A stretch of 64,000 nt of DNA from Dehalococcoidia bacterium (GTDB taxonomy: Bacteria > Chloroflexota > Dehalococcoidia > Lucifugimonadales > UBA3495), in the NCBI GenBank assembly GCA_963667325.2, contig CAXXKY010000006.1, positions 49,666 through 113,665 of the forward strand, given 5' to 3'. The position numbers were made by a program, and so were the translations under genes. Every line of letters starts with the position of its first letter. Within the stretch, counting starts at the first letter, position 1. This document shows, one piece after another, positions 37,079-46,104 of the stretch. The notes under the pieces were generated by a model. It did not search any database. It had not been told where the DNA came from and saw only the letters and a program-made list of their open reading frames with translations.

Positions 37079-38920
37079 TTGAGTAGCCAGACCTCTAGCC
37101 AGCAGCGCACCCTGGAAGATATCCATCACGACAGCCTGGAACTTTCGCGATCGTCAGAAGCAATAATTCCATTTATGGATGAGGAGGTTGTGCGGCTTGA
37201 GGAGGAATCGGCAGCATTCGACTCCGGCGAGTTGGACAACGCCGTCTTCACACCCTTTCGCCTGAGGCAGGGAGTTTACGGCCAGCGCCAGGCCGACGTG
37301 CAGATGATTCGGGTCAAGATCCCGGGCGGCATCCTGACACCGGAGGCGATGGACGGCCTGGGCGAAGTGTCCGACAAGTTTGCCCCCCTGGGCAAGGGCC
37401 ACATCACCACCCGCGAAAACGTCCAGTTCCATCACATTCCGCTGGCAGAATGCCCCGACGTCCTGCGTCTGCTCGGCGGAGTCGGTCTGAGCACCCGGGA
37501 GGCATGCGGCAACACCGTGCGAAACGTGGTTGGCTCTCCATTCGCCGGCGTCGATCCCGAAGAAGTCTTCGACCCAACTCCCTATCTCGCGGCCTATGTG
37601 CGTTTCGGCGTGCGCCATCCCATCACCCAGGGCTTCCCCCGCAAGTTCAAGTCTGCCTTCACCGGTACCGACGCCCGCGATCATGTATCGGCAGCCATAC
37701 AGGACCTCACCTACGTTTCCCAGGTCCGCGTTGTGGATGGCAAGGAGCAGCGCGGCTTCAAGGTGTTCTGCGGAGGCGGCACCTCCATCATGCCTCGCTT
37801 GGCCAAGCCTCTCTACGAGTTTGTATCCACGGACGACTATCTGCGTGTCGCGCTGGCAATCTGGACCGTGTTCAACAATGCCGACATGCTCCGCAAAAAC
37901 CGCATGATGGCCCGCCTGAAGGTGCTGATTGATCGCATCGGCCTCGACGAGTTCCGCGAAATGGTGGACGCTGAGCTGGAGAAGATTGGTCCCATCGACC
38001 CGGCTCCCTACATGGAGATTGACGACTTGCTACAGGAGACGCCTCCCGTGGCCCCGGCCTCCAATGGCGTCGGCGCTTCCGACGAGTTTCGCAGGTGGCG
38101 GGAAACCAACGTCGAAACCCAGCGGCAGGAGGGGTATTTCTCCGTAATGGTCAAGCCCGAGCGCGGCAACCTCGACGGTTCACAGTTCCGCTCCATCGCC
38201 AATATCATGCGCAGCTACACCGGAGGCCGCGCCCGCGCCACCCAGGAGCAGAACCTCGTCCTGCGCTTCATCCCCGAGGGCTTCCTGCACGACGTTTGGG
38301 AAGAGCTGGACCGCATCGGTCTTGCCGAATCCGACGCTCGTTCCATCACCAATGTGGTGTCCTGTCCCGGCACCGACAGCTGCAAGCTGGGCATCACCTC
38401 CTCCATGGGTCTCGCCAAGGCTTTGAGGGATGAGATGGACAACTGGCAGGGGGAGCTTCTGGACGATCAGGGGGTCAAGGACATTCGCATCAAGATGTCG
38501 GGGTGCCCGAACGGGTGTGGTCTGCACCACATCGCCAACATTGGATTCCATGGCGCTGCACTAAAGGGCCCCGACGGCAACCAGGTGCCGGCCTACGAGC
38601 TGTTCCTCGGCGGCAACTACGGGGACAATCGCGTGGAGGACTCCCGCATCGGGACCCGCATTCCGCGGGTCAAGGTCCCGGCCAAGGCGGCGCCAGATGT
38701 GCTCAAGACGATTGTCACGTACTACAAGAACAACCGCATCGACGAGTCCGAAAAGTTCAACCAGTTCCTGGATCGCGTCGGTCTGGAAGAGATGACCAAC
38801 GTGGCCGTTGCCGCCGAAGAGTCGGCGGCGGAGGCCGCTCCCGGGGGCGACATGTACGTCGACTGGGAACGCACCAACATTTACAAGCTGGAGCGGGGCG
38901 AGGGAGAGTGCGCCGTCTAG
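37079..38920 (+). CDS. sir: Assimilatory sulfite (or nitrite) reductase, ferredoxin-dependent siroheme/4Fe-4S hemoprotein
   Basis: 613-aa ORF with TTG start and GGGGAGGAG RBS. CPGTDSCKLGITSS and SGCPNGCGLHHIANIGFHG are the cluster/siroheme Cys motifs of the NirA/Sir family. Confidence 0.85.
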   Translation: MSSQTSSQQRTLEDIHHDSLELSRSSEAIIPFMDEEVVRLEEESAAFDSGELDNAVFTPFRLRQGVYGQRQADVQMIRVKIPGGILTPEAMDGLGEVSDKFAPLGKGHITTRENVQFHHIPLAECPDVLRLLGGVGLSTREACGNTVRNVVGSPFAGVDPEEVFDPTPYLAAYVRFGVRHPITQGFPRKFKSAFTGTDARDHVSAAIQDLTYVSQVRVVDGKEQRGFKVFCGGGTSIMPRLAKPLYEFVSTDDYLRVALAIWTVFNNADMLRKNRMMARLKVLIDRIGLDEFREMVDAELEKIGPIDPAPYMEIDDLLQETPPVAPASNGVGASDEFRRWRETNVETQRQEGYFSVMVKPERGNLDGSQFRSIANIMRSYTGGRARATQEQNLVLRFIPEGFLHDVWEELDRIGLAESDARSITNVVSCPGTDSCKLGITSSMGLAKALRDEMDNWQGELLDDQGVKDIRIKMSGCPNGCGLHHIANIGFHGAALKGPDGNQVPAYELFLGGNYGDNRVEDSRIGTRIPRVKVPAKAAPDVLKTIVTYYKNNRIDESEKFNQFLDRVGLEEMTNVAVAAEESAAEAAPGGDMYVDWERTNIYKLERGEGECAV

Positions 38921-39149
38921 GCCCACTCTTCTCACTCACCCCAGCCAAGCAACCACAGGGCACGCTGGAGCAGTCCGCCCGTCCTTCGACAAGCTCAAAA
39001 TGAGGGGCGCCAGAGCCGCGAGGGGTGGGTGGGCTGTCCTTCAAGAGGTTCAGGGTGACGGGGCTGGCCTCAGCACTGGGTGGGCGGGCTTGCGCCGCGT
39101 AGAACGAGGGGGTTGTCTGGATGCACATCATTGATCTTGAGGAGGGATT

Positions 39150-39977
39150 TTGCCAGCGTCGCTGAACGGTCACACCATCGCTTACGTCGAGGCTCGCTTC
39201 CAGTCCGAGATGGGTAATCTCATCCGTCGCCACGGGGGCGTCCCCTATGCCGCGCCAGTGCTGCAGGAGATTTTCGCCACCGACACGCCGGAGGTTGCAA
39301 CTCTCATCGACGACATCTGCGGTGGCCGCGTGGACATTGCCGTTCTGCAAACGGGCGTGGGTACGCAGGCCCTGTTCGAAGCCGCCGACGCCCAGGGAAT
39401 GCTGCCGGAGTTGCTCGCGGCTCTAGACGGCATGACCGTGCTGGCACGCAGCCCCAAACCGGCGGCGGTGCTGCGGCGCAACAAGGTCCGCATCGACCTG
39501 ATGCCCCCGGAGCCATTCACCTCAGAGGACATGATCGAGTCTTTCCGCAGTATCGACTTCGACGGTCGGTCCGTGGCTGTGCAGGCCTATGGCGGCCCCA
39601 ACAGCCTGCTGCTGCGGACGATGAGGGAGTGGGGCGCGGACGTTCGGGAGACCTCCCTGTACTCGTGGGGCATCCCTGAGGACGTCTCGCCGGTGGTGGG
39701 CATGATGGACCGCATGGATGCCGGGGAGATCGCCGCGGTGGCCTTCACCAGCCAACCGCAGGTGCCCAACCTGCTGGCCATCGCCGCCGGTGCGGACAGG
39801 GAAGACAAGCTGCGTAAGAGTCTGAACTCGGACGACGTTCTGGTGGCATCTGTCGGGCCCGTCTGCACTCGCCGGCTCCTGCAGAACGATCTCAAGGTCG
39901 ACATCGAACCCGACCATCCCCACATGGGCAACCTCGTCCTGGCCCTTGCCGATCGCCTCGATCCCGGAAAGAGTTAG
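39150..39977 (+). CDS. hemD: Uroporphyrinogen-III synthase (HemD family)
   Basis: 275-aa ORF (TTG start). It has a HEM4-like two-lobe pattern (IAVLQTGVGTQALFEAA..., AVAFTSQPQVPNLL) and sits next to a siroheme enzyme gene. Confidence 0.65.
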   Translation: MPASLNGHTIAYVEARFQSEMGNLIRRHGGVPYAAPVLQEIFATDTPEVATLIDDICGGRVDIAVLQTGVGTQALFEAADAQGMLPELLAALDGMTVLARSPKPAAVLRRNKVRIDLMPPEPFTSEDMIESFRSIDFDGRSVAVQAYGGPNSLLLRTMREWGADVRETSLYSWGIPEDVSPVVGMMDRMDAGEIAAVAFTSQPQVPNLLAIAAGADREDKLRKSLNSDDVLVASVGPVCTRRLLQNDLKVDIEPDHPHMGNLVLALADRLDPGKS

Positions 39978-40083
39978 GACTGAACCGCCCGAGTCGGGCA
40001 AATAGGGGCGCGAAAGACGAAGGCCTGGCGAGTTGCCCGGCCTTTCACTTTACCTTCTTTCGACTGTCTAGGGCGGTGCGGCT

Positions 40084-40130
40084 GGTCGTCCCCCGGATCG
40101 ATGGTCCGTCCCCGCCACAACTTCGGCGCC
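40084..40130. repeat. Diverged copy of the 3-prime end of gene 41380-41763 (direct repeat, left copy)
   Basis: GGTCGTCCCCCGGATCGATGGTCCGTCCCCGCCACAACTTCGGCGCC aligns with GGTCGTCGCCCGGATCGATGGTGCGGCCGCGCCAAACTTTGGGCGGCC. On the minus strand it encodes KLWRGRTIDPGDD versus KVWRGRTIDPGDD. Confidence 0.8.
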
Positions 40131-40308
40131 CTTTTGCCTCCGGTGCGCACGACACCCAGGCTCAGCCGGGATACCTGACCATGTGCATCAAATCATCAAT
40201 GTGACTTAACATGGTCGCCTCGATTCGATTCAATGAAATGTTCCCTCCCCATTCATGTGCCTTCTTACTGGCCCTAATGTGCGCTACGGTCATGATTTTG
40301 CCCTTCAG

Positions 40309-41139
40309 TCACATCAGAAAGGCCATAAAGGTTTCTCGATTGATGGTGCGAGGGCTTCCTACCGGAGTGACATGGGGCGCCGTCTGCCAGAAATCTTGCA
40401 ATCTTGAGATACCGCGAATCTCAGGGTCGCCACGCGTCCACGAATTGGAACCCATCTCCTGTTCGCCGTAGAGATATTGCTGAGTTCCGCTGGGATAGAA
40501 CTTGATTCCAACGAAAGGGGCCTCAGACTTGTCCCAGAACAGCTCTAACCGGTCCATCTCCCTGCGCAGAAATTGCCCGCAGGGTGGCAGCACCAAGGAC
40601 CGAACGGGCACGGGTTCCTCAAGCACGGACAGGGGGTTCTTGTGTCTGGCCTGCAGTTCATACACCGGAACTCCGAGGCGTTCCATCGTCCTCAGCTTAT
40701 GATCGCTCGGTGGCGCTGTATCTACAACCTCGATTATGCAAGACGGCAGTGGGGAATCAGCAGATGGGTAAACCGCGACGTCTGGTATGTATCCCGCAAA
40801 GGGCTGCTCCTGTGCCACATAGCCATTCAGACAGCCGTGCAATATGTCCACGGCCATCACCCCACCATCGCAATCCCCGTGCGACGGCTCGTTGAAAATC
40901 ACAAAAGAATAGGGCGGTCTGGAGTCCAGGCGTTCCATAACTCTCTCGAAAGCCTGTTTCAGTTCAGCGGGCATCGAGTCATCGAGGGAAACGTCTCTAA
41001 ATTCAGACGGCAACAACCTAGCGTATTCGCGTGGCGCTTTGGGCCTCAAAGCAACGGTTAGTTTGTGAGCCATCAGCGCCTTCACACTGAAGTGCGGAAG
41101 ACCCTCAGGATGCGCCGGAGTCCCCATATTATTCGTCAT
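40309..41139 (-). CDS. Hypothetical protein with PD-(D/E)xK nuclease-like core
   Basis: 276-aa ORF in a visibly lower-GC segment. IPDVAVYPSADSPLPSCIIEVVDTAPPSDHKLRTMERLGVPVYEL resembles the D...E-x-x...K pattern of Uma2/restriction-endonuclease-like folds. Confidence 0.45.
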   Translation of the reverse strand: MTNNMGTPAHPEGLPHFSVKALMAHKLTVALRPKAPREYARLLPSEFRDVSLDDSMPAELKQAFERVMERLDSRPPYSFVIFNEPSHGDCDGGVMAVDILHGCLNGYVAQEQPFAGYIPDVAVYPSADSPLPSCIIEVVDTAPPSDHKLRTMERLGVPVYELQARHKNPLSVLEEPVPVRSLVLPPCGQFLRREMDRLELFWDKSEAPFVGIKFYPSGTQQYLYGEQEMGSNSWTRGDPEIRGISRLQDFWQTAPHVTPVGSPRTINRETFMAFLM

Positions 41140-41379
41140 AGTTCCTGCTCCGTAGCCAGTCTAACGGCGGCTACACTTGGGCCTCTATGGCAATACTACA
41201 GGCCGGTTTCACGGCCAACTACATCAGCGAACCCACCAAAGCGTCCACCTAGTCAGCGGGAATGTCGGTTTTGAGGGCGGGGGCAATCGGCAAGCTCAGG
41301 ACAGGCAAAACCCCCTGAGGGAGAGGGGATTGTCGCACACCCGCTTATGTATCGCAGGATGATTATGGTGACGGGCTGA

Positions 41380-41763
41380 TTACGGGTCGTCGCCCGGATC
41401 GATGGTGCGGCCGCGCCAAACTTTGGGCGGCCTCCGTCCTCCTCCGCCGCTCGTCCGGCCACCCGAGCGTGGTGCGCGGTAAAAGACCACGTAGCCCGCC
41501 ACCAGCAGCGCCGCTCCTATGAGCAGGAGGGGCAGGCCGCCGAAAAACAGGCTGACTATCAAGACTATGAAACCTGCCCCCAGCAGGTGCTTGTAGTTGA
41601 AAGTCAAAGAACGGGAAGGCTTCCTTGAATCTCCTCGGGGTTCCCTCCGTTGCGGCTGCCTTTCAGGAGGCTCGGTTCCAGGTCCCGAAGTCATACCCTC
41701 CGTAGGAGTTTCCCCGGCGTTCTTGAGGATTTCTTCGATTTCTTTCTCGTACCGCTGGTTCAT
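41380..41763 (-). CDS. Hypothetical small membrane protein (one or two TM, Gly/Arg-rich tail)
   Basis: 127-aa ORF, MNQRYEKEIEEILKNA...LLGAGFIVLIVSLFFGGLPLLLIGAALLVAGYVVF...RRPPKVWRGRTIDPGDDP. Confidence 0.55.
   Translation of the reverse strand: MNQRYEKEIEEILKNAGETPTEGMTSGPGTEPPERQPQRREPRGDSRKPSRSLTFNYKHLLGAGFIVLIVSLFFGGLPLLLIGAALLVAGYVVFYRAPRSGGRTSGGGGRRPPKVWRGRTIDPGDDP
41385..41432. repeat. Direct repeat, right copy (inside the 3-prime end of gene 41380-41763)
   Basis: See the feature at 40084-40130. About 40 of 47 aligned positions are identical by eye. Confidence 0.8.
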
Positions 41764-41953
41764 TTTCGCTTTCCGTTGGGATGTCTGAGGGTATTCTACC
41801 CTACGGGGTGAAAATAGGGGCGGTTTTCAATCGGCACTATTCCCAATCAGGTGTTGCACTTGAGGAACGACGAGGGTTTGGATTACCGCTCCAGCCTTCG
41901 CGTGGACAGGGTGCACGGATGTCGGGAAGAGGAGGGGACTGCGGGGGAAAGGA

Positions 41954-42739
41954 CTAACCGAAGCGGCCGGTGATGTAGGCCTCGGTGCGCTCGTCGCGCG
42001 GGTTGGTGAAGATGCGGCTGCTCTCATCGTACTCCACCATGAAACCGCCGATGTTGCGTTCGTCGCTCAGCATGAAGGCGGTATTGTGAGACACACGGGC
42101 CGCCTGCTGCATGTTGTGCGTGACGATGATGATGGAGTACTCCTCGGACAGCTCCTGCATCAGTTGCTCGATGGCCAGGGTCGCTATGGGGTCCAGCGCC
42201 GAGCACGGCTCATCCATCAGGATCACGCTCGGCTCCACGGCCAAGGCTCGCGCGATGCATAGTCGCTGCTGCTGTCCACCGGAGAGGGCCAGGGCGCTGC
42301 TGTTCAACCGGTCCTTCACCTCTTCCCACAGCGCCGCCCTCCGCAGCGACCTCTCCACCAATTCGGCCATGTCGCCGCGAAAGCCGTTGATTTTCGGCCC
42401 GAAGGCAACATTTTCATAGATGGACTTGGGGAACGGGTTGGGCCTCTGGAACACCATGCCGATGAGGTATCGAATCTCCGTCGGGTCCACCCCAGACTCG
42501 TAGATGTTACGTCCCTCGAAGATCACCCGCCCGGTCGTCGATGCGGTCGGCACCAGGTCATTCATCCGGTTGAAGCTTCGCAGCAGGGTGCTCTTGCCGC
42601 AGCCGGAGGGGCCGATGATGGCGGTAATCTTGTGGTTGGGGACGTCCATTGTCACTTCGGTAACCGCCGGCTTGCCGCTGTAGTAAACGCAGAGGTCCTC
42701 GGCCCGGATGATGGTTCCTGTTGTCGTTGCGTCGACCAT
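41954..42739 (-). CDS. pstB: Phosphate ABC transporter ATP-binding protein PstB
   Basis: 261-aa ORF with [34 protein letters not shown] and a TGRFG C-terminus. Confidence 0.92.
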   Translation of the reverse strand: MVDATTTGTIIRAEDLCVYYSGKPAVTEVTMDVPNHKITAIIGPSGCGKSTLLRSFNRMNDLVPTASTTGRVIFEGRNIYESGVDPTEIRYLIGMVFQRPNPFPKSIYENVAFGPKINGFRGDMAELVERSLRRAALWEEVKDRLNSSALALSGGQQQRLCIARALAVEPSVILMDEPCSALDPIATLAIEQLMQELSEEYSIIIVTHNMQQAARVSHNTAFMLSDERNIGGFMVEYDESSRIFTNPRDERTEAYITGRFG

Positions 42740-42773
42740 TCCAGTTCTCCAATCGGTGTCAGGCCTGTTGCTA

Positions 42774-43655
42774 TCAGACCAGTCTGTTTTGGAACTTGTT
42801 TCTCAGGAACACAGCCAGGGCGTTCATCGCCAGCAACAGTACCAGCAGCACAATGATGCCCGCCGCCGCCGCCTCGTGGAACCCCGGCTGCGGACGCGAA
42901 ATCCAGTTGAAGATCTGGATGGGCATCACGGTGAAACCGCTGAGCGGGCTATCGGGCACAAATGGCACGTAAGTCAGTCCCCCTATGAATATCAGAGGTG
43001 CGGTCTCGCCCATGGCCCGGCTCACTGCCAGGATGACCCCTGTGAGGATACCGGGAAAGGCCTGGGGCAACACCAGGTTACGCACCACCTGCCAGCGTGT
43101 CGCCCCCAGCCCGAATCCGCCCTCGCGCAGGGAGCTGGGCACGGCGCGGATGGCCTCGCTGGAAGCCACGATGACGAGGGGCAGCACCAGCAGCGCCAGG
43201 GTGAATGAGCCCGCCAGGATGACCGGCCCCAAATGCATCACCCGCACGAAGATTTCCAGGCCCAGCAGGCCGTATACGACGGACGGCACACCGGCCAGAT
43301 TGGCGATGTTGATGCGGAGTATCTGCGCAATCCTGCTGCGCTGGGCGTATTCCTCCAGGTACACTGCTGCCGCCACGCCGAGCACGAACGACATGACGCC
43401 TGCAATGCCCACCACGAAGACGCTGCCCACCAGGGCCGGGAGAATCCCTGCCTTCTCGGGGTGACGCGATGGGAAGGATGTGAGGAAGCTCCAGTCGACC
43501 CGGGAGTAACCGTCCAGGCCTATCTTCGAAAGCAGGACCCCCAGCATCGACAGGGAAACAAGCACCGCTGCCAGGCACAGTGCGTAGAAGATTCTGCCCC
43601 TGGTGTCCCGCTCCCGCTTCCGCCGGGCGAACTCCGCTTGGGTTATCAGCGCCAC
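42774..43655 (-). CDS. pstA: Phosphate ABC transporter permease PstA
   Basis: 293-aa ORF between pstC and pstB. Contains the EAA-loop-like segment [15 protein letters not shown]. Confidence 0.85.
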   Translation of the reverse strand: MALITQAEFARRKRERDTRGRIFYALCLAAVLVSLSMLGVLLSKIGLDGYSRVDWSFLTSFPSRHPEKAGILPALVGSVFVVGIAGVMSFVLGVAAAVYLEEYAQRSRIAQILRINIANLAGVPSVVYGLLGLEIFVRVMHLGPVILAGSFTLALLVLPLVIVASSEAIRAVPSSLREGGFGLGATRWQVVRNLVLPQAFPGILTGVILAVSRAMGETAPLIFIGGLTYVPFVPDSPLSGFTVMPIQIFNWISRPQPGFHEAAAAGIIVLLVLLLAMNALAVFLRNKFQNRLV

Positions 43656-44602
43656 TATTCGTACTCCTCACGGAACCGGCGCACCACGTATTGGCTGAGC
43701 AGGTTCATCGCCAGCGTTATCACGAAGAGTAGGAGCGCCACTGCATACAGGGTCCTGTGTTCCAGGGTGCCGTGGGGAGCGTCGCCGAGGCCCACCTGCA
43801 CCATGTAGGCAGTCATGGTCTCGACGGCGACGAAGGGGTTGAAGGTAAAGTTGGGGATCTGACCAGCGGCGACGGTGACGATCATCGTCTCACCGATGGC
43901 GCGGGAGATGGCGAGAATGAACGCCGACACGATGCCCGAGAGCGCCGCGGGAACCACCACCCTTGTGGACACCTCCAGCTTGGTGGCGCCCAGCCCGTAG
44001 GCCGCCTCCCGCAGCGAGCGCGGTACTGCCCTCATGGCATCCTCAGAAAGGCTCGACACCATCGGCAGGATCATTATCCCCATCACGATCGCAGCGCTCA
44101 TCGCGTTGAAGACCATGATGTCATGCGAGATGGCCTGCAGGATTGGAGTGACAAACAGCAGGGCGAAGTAGCCGTACACCACCGTGGGGATTCCCGCCAG
44201 CACCTCGAGGACCGGTTTCACCACCTTGCGCACATTGTCCGGCGCGTACTCGCTGAGAAAGATGGCGCTCAGCAGTCCCAGGGGCAGCGCAACCACCATG
44301 GACAGGATGGCGATCATCAGCGTGGCGCTGACCAGGGCCAGGACGCCGAAGTGCTTGGAGGCGAACAGGGGAGTCCACCGCGTGCCGGTGATGAACTCGA
44401 TAAAGGAGACTTCGCCGAAAAACGGGAGGGCATTGAATACGAGGATGGCCACGATGCCCACAGTCGTGAGGACCGACATCATGGTGCACAGGACCATGAT
44501 GACCGTGATGATCCGCTCTGGCAGGACCTTGCGCCAGCCTGCCCTCAGCGCCCTCCCGCTTTGAGTACCGGCAAATCCACTCAAGGACTGGCCACTAGCC
44601 AC
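43655..44602 (-). CDS. pstC: Phosphate ABC transporter permease PstC
   Basis: 315-aa ORF with GTG start and GGAGGGGG RBS. Contains [15 protein letters not shown]. It overlaps the pstA start by 1 nt. Confidence 0.85.
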   Translation of the reverse strand: MASGQSLSGFAGTQSGRALRAGWRKVLPERIITVIMVLCTMMSVLTTVGIVAILVFNALPFFGEVSFIEFITGTRWTPLFASKHFGVLALVSATLMIAILSMVVALPLGLLSAIFLSEYAPDNVRKVVKPVLEVLAGIPTVVYGYFALLFVTPILQAISHDIMVFNAMSAAIVMGIMILPMVSSLSEDAMRAVPRSLREAAYGLGATKLEVSTRVVVPAALSGIVSAFILAISRAIGETMIVTVAAGQIPNFTFNPFVAVETMTAYMVQVGLGDAPHGTLEHRTLYAVALLLFVITLAMNLLSQYVVRRFREEYE

Positions 44603-44645
44603 TGGTGAGCCCCCTCCGGCCTACAGCTGCCCTGGCTCAAGCAAG

Positions 44646-44667
44646 GAAAAACCGCCGGAAGGCGGTC
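44646..44667 (-). terminator. Short intrinsic-terminator-like hairpin about 45 nt upstream of pstC
   Basis: Minus strand reads ACCGCC-ttcc-GGCGGT followed by TTTTTCC. Confidence 0.5.
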
Positions 44668-44678
44668 GTGAAAGTGGC

Positions 44679-44717
44679 AAAAAAAATCGCTCCCCGGAAC
44701 TACAAATCCGGCGAGCG
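44679..44717 (-). terminator. Strong intrinsic-terminator-like hairpin in the pstC upstream region
   Basis: Minus strand reads CGCTCGCCGG-10 nt-CCGGGGAGCG (one mismatch) followed by ATTTTTTTTG. Confidence 0.6.
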
Positions 44718-44911
44718 GCATCGCGAAATACTTGGCTTTTTCCATACCGTGGAAAATTATATCCATAGCTTTGCCGTCACCGCAAGGGGTGAATCTGCAT
44801 TGGAGGCAAATTCTCCGTCACGACACTTCCACCCATGCCACTGGCGTCCGGGGGGAACACCCGGAACGCCCGCACGGCTGTATACTATTTGCTAGTCCTT
44901 GAATCAATTGC

Positions 44912-45970
44912 ATGGAGTCCCCATTGAGCGAGGAGTTGTTGTTAAGCGTCGTCGACCAGTCGCCGGTGAGGTCCGGGGAAACGGCAGGCGACGCCCTGCG
45001 TGAGACCATCGAGCTGGCGGCGGCCGTGGAGGAGATGGGCTACCATCGCTACTGGCTGGCCGAACACCACAGCCTGCCCAACTTCGCCGGCACCAGCCCC
45101 GAGGTGCTCATCGGCCACGTCGCGGCCCGCACCAGGAAGATCCGTGTCGGCAGCGGCGGGGTGATGCTGTCGCATTACAGCGCCTTCAAGGTGGCCGAAA
45201 ACTTCCGGATGCTGGAATCGCTGCATCCGGGCCGCATCGACCTCGGCATCGGGCGCGCGCCGGGCAGCGATCAGATCACGGCCGCGGCGCTGTCCTTTCC
45301 CAACCATCCCAGGGAAATTCGCCACTTCCCCAGGCAGGTGGTCGACCTGCTGGGTTACCTGAGGGGCGATATGGAGGACGGACATATCTTCTCGCAGATA
45401 CAGGCCGGCCCCGACCACGAACCCGTCACCGCGCCCGAGGTATGGCTCCTCGGCTCACGCTATGAGAGCGCATACATGGCGGCGCAGCTCGGGCTGCCCT
45501 TCGCCTACGCCCATTTCTTCGGCATCGCGGTGGAAGAAGGACCGGCAATCGCCGCCAACTACCGCGAAAACTTCAAGCCATCCCAGTTCCTTTCCGAGCC
45601 GAAGGTGAACGTCGGCGTACACGTTATCTGCGCTGAGACTGAGGAGGAGTCGCAGAGGCTGGCGGGCCCCCGCAACCTGGCGCGCCTGCAGAACATCACC
45701 GGCCGCGCCAAGGGCATTCCGACCGTGGAAGAGGCAATGTCCTACCAGTACACGACGGACGAACACCGGTTCGTGCAGCAGTACGCGCAGGTGTGCGTAG
45801 ACGGAGACCCGCAGCAGGTGAAGCAGGGGCTGGACGAAATCGCCGAGCTATATCAGACCAACGACCTGAGCATCGTGACGATTTGCCACGACTACGCGGA
45901 CCGCCGCCGCAGCTACGAGTTGGTCGCCGAGGTCTGCGGCTACACAGGCGAAACGTCGGGACCGGAGTAG
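44912..45970 (+). CDS. LLM-class flavin-dependent oxidoreductase (luciferase family, YhbW-like)
   Basis: 352-aa ORF with YHRYWLAEHHSLPNFAGTSPEVLIGHVAARTRKIRVGSGGVMLSHYS and RIDLGIGRAPG. Confidence 0.85.
   Translation: MESPLSEELLLSVVDQSPVRSGETAGDALRETIELAAAVEEMGYHRYWLAEHHSLPNFAGTSPEVLIGHVAARTRKIRVGSGGVMLSHYSAFKVAENFRMLESLHPGRIDLGIGRAPGSDQITAAALSFPNHPREIRHFPRQVVDLLGYLRGDMEDGHIFSQIQAGPDHEPVTAPEVWLLGSRYESAYMAAQLGLPFAYAHFFGIAVEEGPAIAANYRENFKPSQFLSEPKVNVGVHVICAETEEESQRLAGPRNLARLQNITGRAKGIPTVEEAMSYQYTTDEHRFVQQYAQVCVDGDPQQVKQGLDEIAELYQTNDLSIVTICHDYADRRRSYELVAEVCGYTGETSGPE
45889..45970. repeat. 82-bp direct repeat, left copy (3-prime end of LLM gene 44912-45970)
   Basis: CGACTACGCGGACCGCCGCCGCAGCTACGAGTTGGTCGCCGAGGTCTGCGGCTACACAGGCGAAACGTCGGGACCGGAGTAG. 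About 75 of 82 positions match the copy at 47753-47834. Confidence 0.85.
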
Positions 45971-46104
45971 GACTGGACCCTATGGTGACAGCGCGGGATT
46001 CCGCTGTTTCAGCCGAGGGTCTGGATTCCACGCACTCCCTCGTCCGTTCCTTGTCGGTGTAACCCGCCGTAGGGCAAGGCCGGAGGTTGCAGTGGCGGCG
46101 CGGG

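Noticed and set aside
38921-39149. 229-bp spacer between sulfite reductase and hemD, plus the antisense ORF 38757-39350, as a possible missed gene or ncRNA.
   Set aside because: There is no motif-bearing ORF, no promoter-terminator pair and no strong secondary structure. It is GC-rich sequence without distinguishing features.
44581-44766. 61-aa minus-strand ORF in the pstC upstream region.
   Set aside because: It overlaps the pstC start and both terminator hairpins. It has no RBS and an implausible composition. The region is better explained as a structured leader.
44770-44830. Two CCGTCAC motifs as a possible Pho box upstream of pstC.
   Set aside because: The spacing (about 36-42 nt) does not fit the 11-nt periodic direct repeats of PhoB/PhoP boxes, and the motif does not match known consensus sequences. 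I cannot support it.
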